This document shows positions 59,830-64,000 of a DNA stretch of 64,000 nt, in pieces. Position 1 is the stretch's first letter. Each line of letters starts with the position of its first letter. The position numbers and the translations under genes were made by a program. This DNA comes from Camelus dromedarius (Eukaryota). The notes beneath the pieces were generated by a model. That model made no database searches. It saw nothing but the letters and a program-made list of their open reading frames with translations, and was not told the origin of the DNA. The DNA is taken from the NCBI RefSeq assembly GCF_036321535.1, contig NC_087447.1, forward strand, positions 47,246,001-47,310,000, read 5' to 3'.

Positions 59830-61240
59830 TTTTAAATGTTTTATTAAAGTATAGTACGCGTACAGGAAGTGCACAAGTCATAAAGGTACAGCTTGATGAA
59901 TTTTCACTAAATGATCATACCTGTGTAACCAGCACCCTGATCAAGAAAGAGAACATTACCAGCAATTCAGAAGCCCCTGTGCACCCACTTCCCACAATAG
60001 TAATCACTACTGTAACTTCCAACATCACAGATTTGTTTTGCCTATTTTATTTTTTTACTTACTAGATTACCAGTTTATTATACAAGAATACAACTCAAGA
60101 ACAGCCAGATGGAAGAGATGCACGGGGCATGGTACGGGAGACCGGGAGCTTCCACGTCCTCTCTGAGCATGCTACACTCCCAGCACCTCCACATGTCCAC
60201 CAACCTGGAAATTTGTTTTGTCTGTTTTAGCATTTTATATAAATGGAATCATATGGAATCTATTCTTTCATGTCTGCTTTCACTCACTTAAAATTTCATT
60301 TTTGAGACTCCTTCATGTTTCTTCATATAGCTGTGTTTCTTTGCTCTATTCTGTTCCATAGTATGGAGGGAGATATGACAATTTATTTGCCAATTGTACC
60401 ACCCATTTTGTTTTTTTCAAATTTCAGCTAGTTGGAATAATGCGACTATGAACACTGCTGGACATGTTGTACACATGTGTACACACTGTTTTATACATCA
60501 CTAAATTCTGTTGGGTATATACCTAAGGGTGTGATTGCTGGACACACGATAAACATACATCCCATACGTTGGTGTTCAACTTTAGTAGGTACAGCCAAAC
60601 AATCTTCCAAATGGTTCTATCAGTCCACATTCCCACAGAAGTGAACAAAGTTCCTCTTGCTCCATTTTATCATCAATACTTGGTATTGCTGATCTTTTTA
60701 ACTTAGCCATTTCGGTGGGTATCTCATTGTGGCTTTATTTGCGTTTCCCTGATGTCCACTGAAGTTGATCATTTTTTCATATGCTTGCTGATCTTTTTAA
60801 TATCCTTTTTTTGTGAAGCGCCATTTGTCTCCTGCCCAATATTCTACTGGATTTTCTGTATTTCTTTTATTGATATGCAGGAGTTCTTTATATAGTATTT
60901 TAAACAAGCCCTTTGTTGGCTATATGGGTTACAAATATCATTACCCATTCTGTGGCTTACATTTTCACTCTCTTAATGGTATTTCTTTTAAAAGAAATAG
61001 AAGTTATTTATTTTAATGTAGCCCAATTTATTTAGTCTTTTCTTTTATGGTTGGTGTTTACTATGCCAAGTTTAAGAAAATGTTCTCTACCCCAAGATCA
61101 AGAATTTCTCCAATGTCATCCTCTATAAGGCCTGTTATTATGTCACGTATAGATCACCAATTCACTTGGAATTGATTTTGGAGTATGACTGAAGAAGAAG
61201 TCAAATTTAATCATTTTTCATATAGAAATCCAATTAATCT
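59830..61240 (-). mobile_element. Old L1M 3' end/ORF2, with a MER21-like fragment at about 60055-60210
   Basis: Minus-strand ORF2 motifs (ggtatatacctaagggtgtgattgctgg; atctcattgtggctttatttgcgtttccctgat). Confidence 0.8.
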
Positions 61241-61242
61241 CA

Positions 61243-63571
61243 GGTCAGGGTTACGGTAGAGGACCAGCCTGCTGCTCTATAACACTGCCAGGAGTTTCCT
61301 GGAAGCTGTCATATCCTACCTGGACCTCAAGTGAGAAGCAACTGGTCCCTATGTTTAAGAGAAAAACAGGGAGTCATAGCAAGAAGCTGTTAGATGGATG
61401 GGGTACATTTTCTTACAGTGAGAACACAGGATCTAAGACTAAAGTCTCTGGCACTCCATTTGGCTCCCCAGTTTAGTACTTAGCACAGCTTGGTACAATC
61501 CCTTCCAATGAAGTTCCAATGATGTCTTCCTTTGATAAACATTACATGATCTCAGTAAACAGCTTTTGCCATTCCTCTGTCTATAGAAGTAAGTTTGTTG
61601 CTGATACACAGCTTCCATGGCCTAGACAGAGTTTTGGATGAAGTAGAAAAGGCAGCTTTATGTCTTTGCCAGGCTAAGGAGGTCACAGTGAGCTAATGCC
61701 TCTAAGACTGTGAGCCTGCTGGGAAGAGAAGACAAGGAGTTTTATAGTAAAACTTCAAGAGCTCAAGGGGTGGAGCTAGTTTCCATAAAGATCATACACA
61801 GGGTAACAAATTGTTGCAAAGTTGTCCTTGTTTTTGCAGATGCACTGGTCCCCTTCCCTCTGCTGGGTATGAAGTTCACCTCTGGCTTTGGGACTCTCTT
61901 AATATTCTTGTACCTAGAACAAAGGATGCATAGGAAGAGGCTCTGTGGAAAAGATCTCTAGAGAAGAACATATGCAGTTTAAAGTCAGGATGATAAATGC
62001 TTTTAGCCTTTTAAGCAGGCTGAGGCCTGGGACCTCCTGAGGCCTGCAGCTTGAACAACAGGATACAAGGAAATCACAAGGGGTCAAACACAACTGCAGA
62101 CATGCACAGTTGGGACAAGTTATGAACAACAAGATGCATAAAACATCCAACTACCACTTCTGAGGTGTTAGGGTCAAGAGGAGGACACTGAGGTCAAAAG
62201 CAGGACACTGAGCATGATCCTTGCACACAACACCAAGAGTGTGTTGGGCAGACCACCCAAGCCTCCCTCCTCTCCAGCCTACCCCAGTCGGCAAGAGCAT
62301 GAGAAAATCCTTTAAACCGTTATACAGTTAAGCAGTTACAAACAGTATTACAGATATCAGATGGTCACCGATGACAATAGGGTCCTACTCAGTAGGTAGT
62401 TGGTAGTTGCACCTGGAATAGAATCCTTGGATGCTCACCATTAGTGCTTTGACATAATCAATATAACATTATCTTGCTCACAAATGCTCTGCCAGGGAGT
62501 GGCTACCAAAAACTGCACAGGCCTCCCGCAGATGGATCAGGTGCAAAGTCTTGATCTTTATTTTGTGGTAGATATCACACTCATAAGGACATCTTAATCT
62601 TTTTTAGAATCTCATTTTGAAGTTTCACCACCTTCCCTGATTCCAGATAAACATGAACCAAAATGGCCTGCATGAATCAAGAGGGCTTTACAAACTATTT
62701 ATAGACAAGATTAATCTGAGCTTAAGAATAAACCTTTAGAAAACATTTAGAACTCTTTGCCAACAGACACTGTATCAATTCTTGCACCTGGACCCGCTTT
62801 AAAAGTGCATACACTCAACTAAAATCTACTCATGCATAAAATTATCCTCCCAAGTTGGGATGGGGTGGGGAGGAGGAGTTGCATTTCTCTCTCTATCTTG
62901 ACAGGTTTTCCCACATTGTAGTCTTGAAAAATGTGTAGTTCTTTATGATACTATTGAAAAGTTCTGAAAATTCTTGGTGCATTCCAACATGCTGATATTT
63001 CCTGGATTCCCTTTGTGTTTATGGGAGTCATACCAAGGGTGGCATGTACAAGATGAAAGAGAAAATCCTTGGTGCTGCCAACCAACCATTTGGGGAGCAC
63101 TGAAAGTTGTCTAGGAGAAAAGATGCCATGGTCAGTCTCCAAAGGTTATGAATGTAGTGGCTGATCTTAGAGTGAGGCAACATCTGAAAGAGATGCTGGA
63201 AGATGTCTGTTGATTAAAAATGAGAACAAATTGCCTGAGAAGAGGAAATGGCTTCAGCCTGTTCAGTTATTAATCAGAGTAACAATAGTTTATGATAGCC
63301 ATAGTAGAAGGTAACATAAACACCATAAGAAATCTTAGTTCCTCCACTAGTGAGGAAATAGTGGCGTTTTTTCCCCCCACAGTTGTCTAAGGTTATGAAG
63401 TATTCAAAAGCATAGTGAGAACCAATACAAAGGTGAAAAGACTTCTGAGATGTGAGACTACAGATTCAGGGAATGCAACGAGTTTTGCTACCAAAGCAGA
63501 AAATATAGAGCAAATTTTACTATCTCATGTTTAGAGTAGATTGCACAACCAAAGGCCATTTTCCTTTCTCT
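61243..63571 (-). mobile_element. ERV1 pol remnant (RNase H-integrase), interrupted by LTR(s) at about 61596-62340
   Basis: Minus strand with frameshifts: GIFSPRQLSVLPKWL, FQDYNVGKPVKI (Zn-finger region), VCKAL, SGKVV..NEILKK, CGRPVQ (core), YQRKTSLELHWKGLYQAVL (GPY/F module, about 61470-61550). Confidence 0.8.
61596..62340. mobile_element. ERV LTR sequence(s), possibly two nested pieces
   Basis: Begins tgttgctgatac..gaagtagaaaaggcagctttat..tttgccaggc. A second LTR-like block lies at about 61975-62290. TSD not resolved. Confidence 0.6.
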
Positions 63572-63597
63572 TGTCAACAAAAAATTAATCAGTCAAA

Positions 63598-63741
63598 GGG
63601 GGAGGGTATAGCTCAGTAGTAGAGTGCAGGCTTGTATGCACGAGGTCCTGGGTTCAATCCTCATCAAAATAAATAAGTAATTAAATTAATCTAATTATCT
63701 TCCCCCAAAACAAAAACAAACAATTTTTTAAAAAAATTTTA
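63598..63741 (+). mobile_element. Vic-1 type SINE (long-tail variant)
   Basis: tRNA head. TSD aaattaat(c/t)agtc. Confidence 0.9.
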
Positions 63742-63868
63742 AATTAATTAGTCGATCTAAGAAAGAAGTGGAAGATGTTATTCTAGCCAAATTTGAGGAT
63801 TATAACCTGGGAAGAGCATCTCAGAAAGCTCTGAGAACTGTTCTGACAGTTAGAAATCAAGGCACAGC

Positions 63869-63963
63869 AGGGTGGGTATAGCTCAGTGGTAGAGCACATG
63901 CTTAGTGTGCATAAGGTCCTGGATTTAATCCCCAGTACCTCTATTAAAAAAAGAAAAAGAAAA
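63869..63963 (+). mobile_element. Vic-1 type SINE (short variant)
   Basis: tRNA head. TSD agaaatcaa(g/a)gcacag. Confidence 0.92.
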
Positions 63964-64000
63964 AGAAATCAAAGCACAGTTTTAAAAGTTTTTGAGACAG

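Larger units (their letters stand above)
63572..64000 (-). mobile_element. ERV LTR running off the window, carrying two SINE insertions
   Basis: tgtcaacaaaaaattaatc...ttattctagccaaatttgagga is the reverse of the 3' end of LTR 34378-34859. Confidence 0.8.

Overview
Mammalian, repeat-dense genomic DNA. It is most likely camelid (alpaca/llama/camel), judged from 11 copies of a tRNA-derived Vic-1-type SINE. No intact protein-coding gene was found; most ORFs in the supplied track are fragments of L1, ERV or Tigger elements. The non-repetitive scaffold holds two tandem + strand relics of the GPI-anchored ecto-ADP-ribosyltransferase ART2 (ARTC2/RT6). One is a clear three-coding-exon pseudogene (signal exon 48390-48467, catalytic exon 49317-50057, GPI exon 52346-52414) with four in-frame stops and two frameshifts. 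The other is a much more diverged paralog (about 10535-18690) whose introns resemble the first copy more than its catalytic exon does. Notable mobile elements: two copies of a ~350 bp L1-derived retroposon joining the L1 5' end to the L1 3' end at an apparent splice junction; two copies of an L1 with a swapped 3' tail; a 4.3 kb two-LTR class III ERV with a tRNA-Ser PBS, a gamma-type env and no recognisable gag/pol; a twin-primed inverted L1; ERVL and ERV1 pol remnants; Tigger1; and many solo LTRs. Repeat family names and identity values are judged by eye and need RepeatMasker or alignment confirmation.
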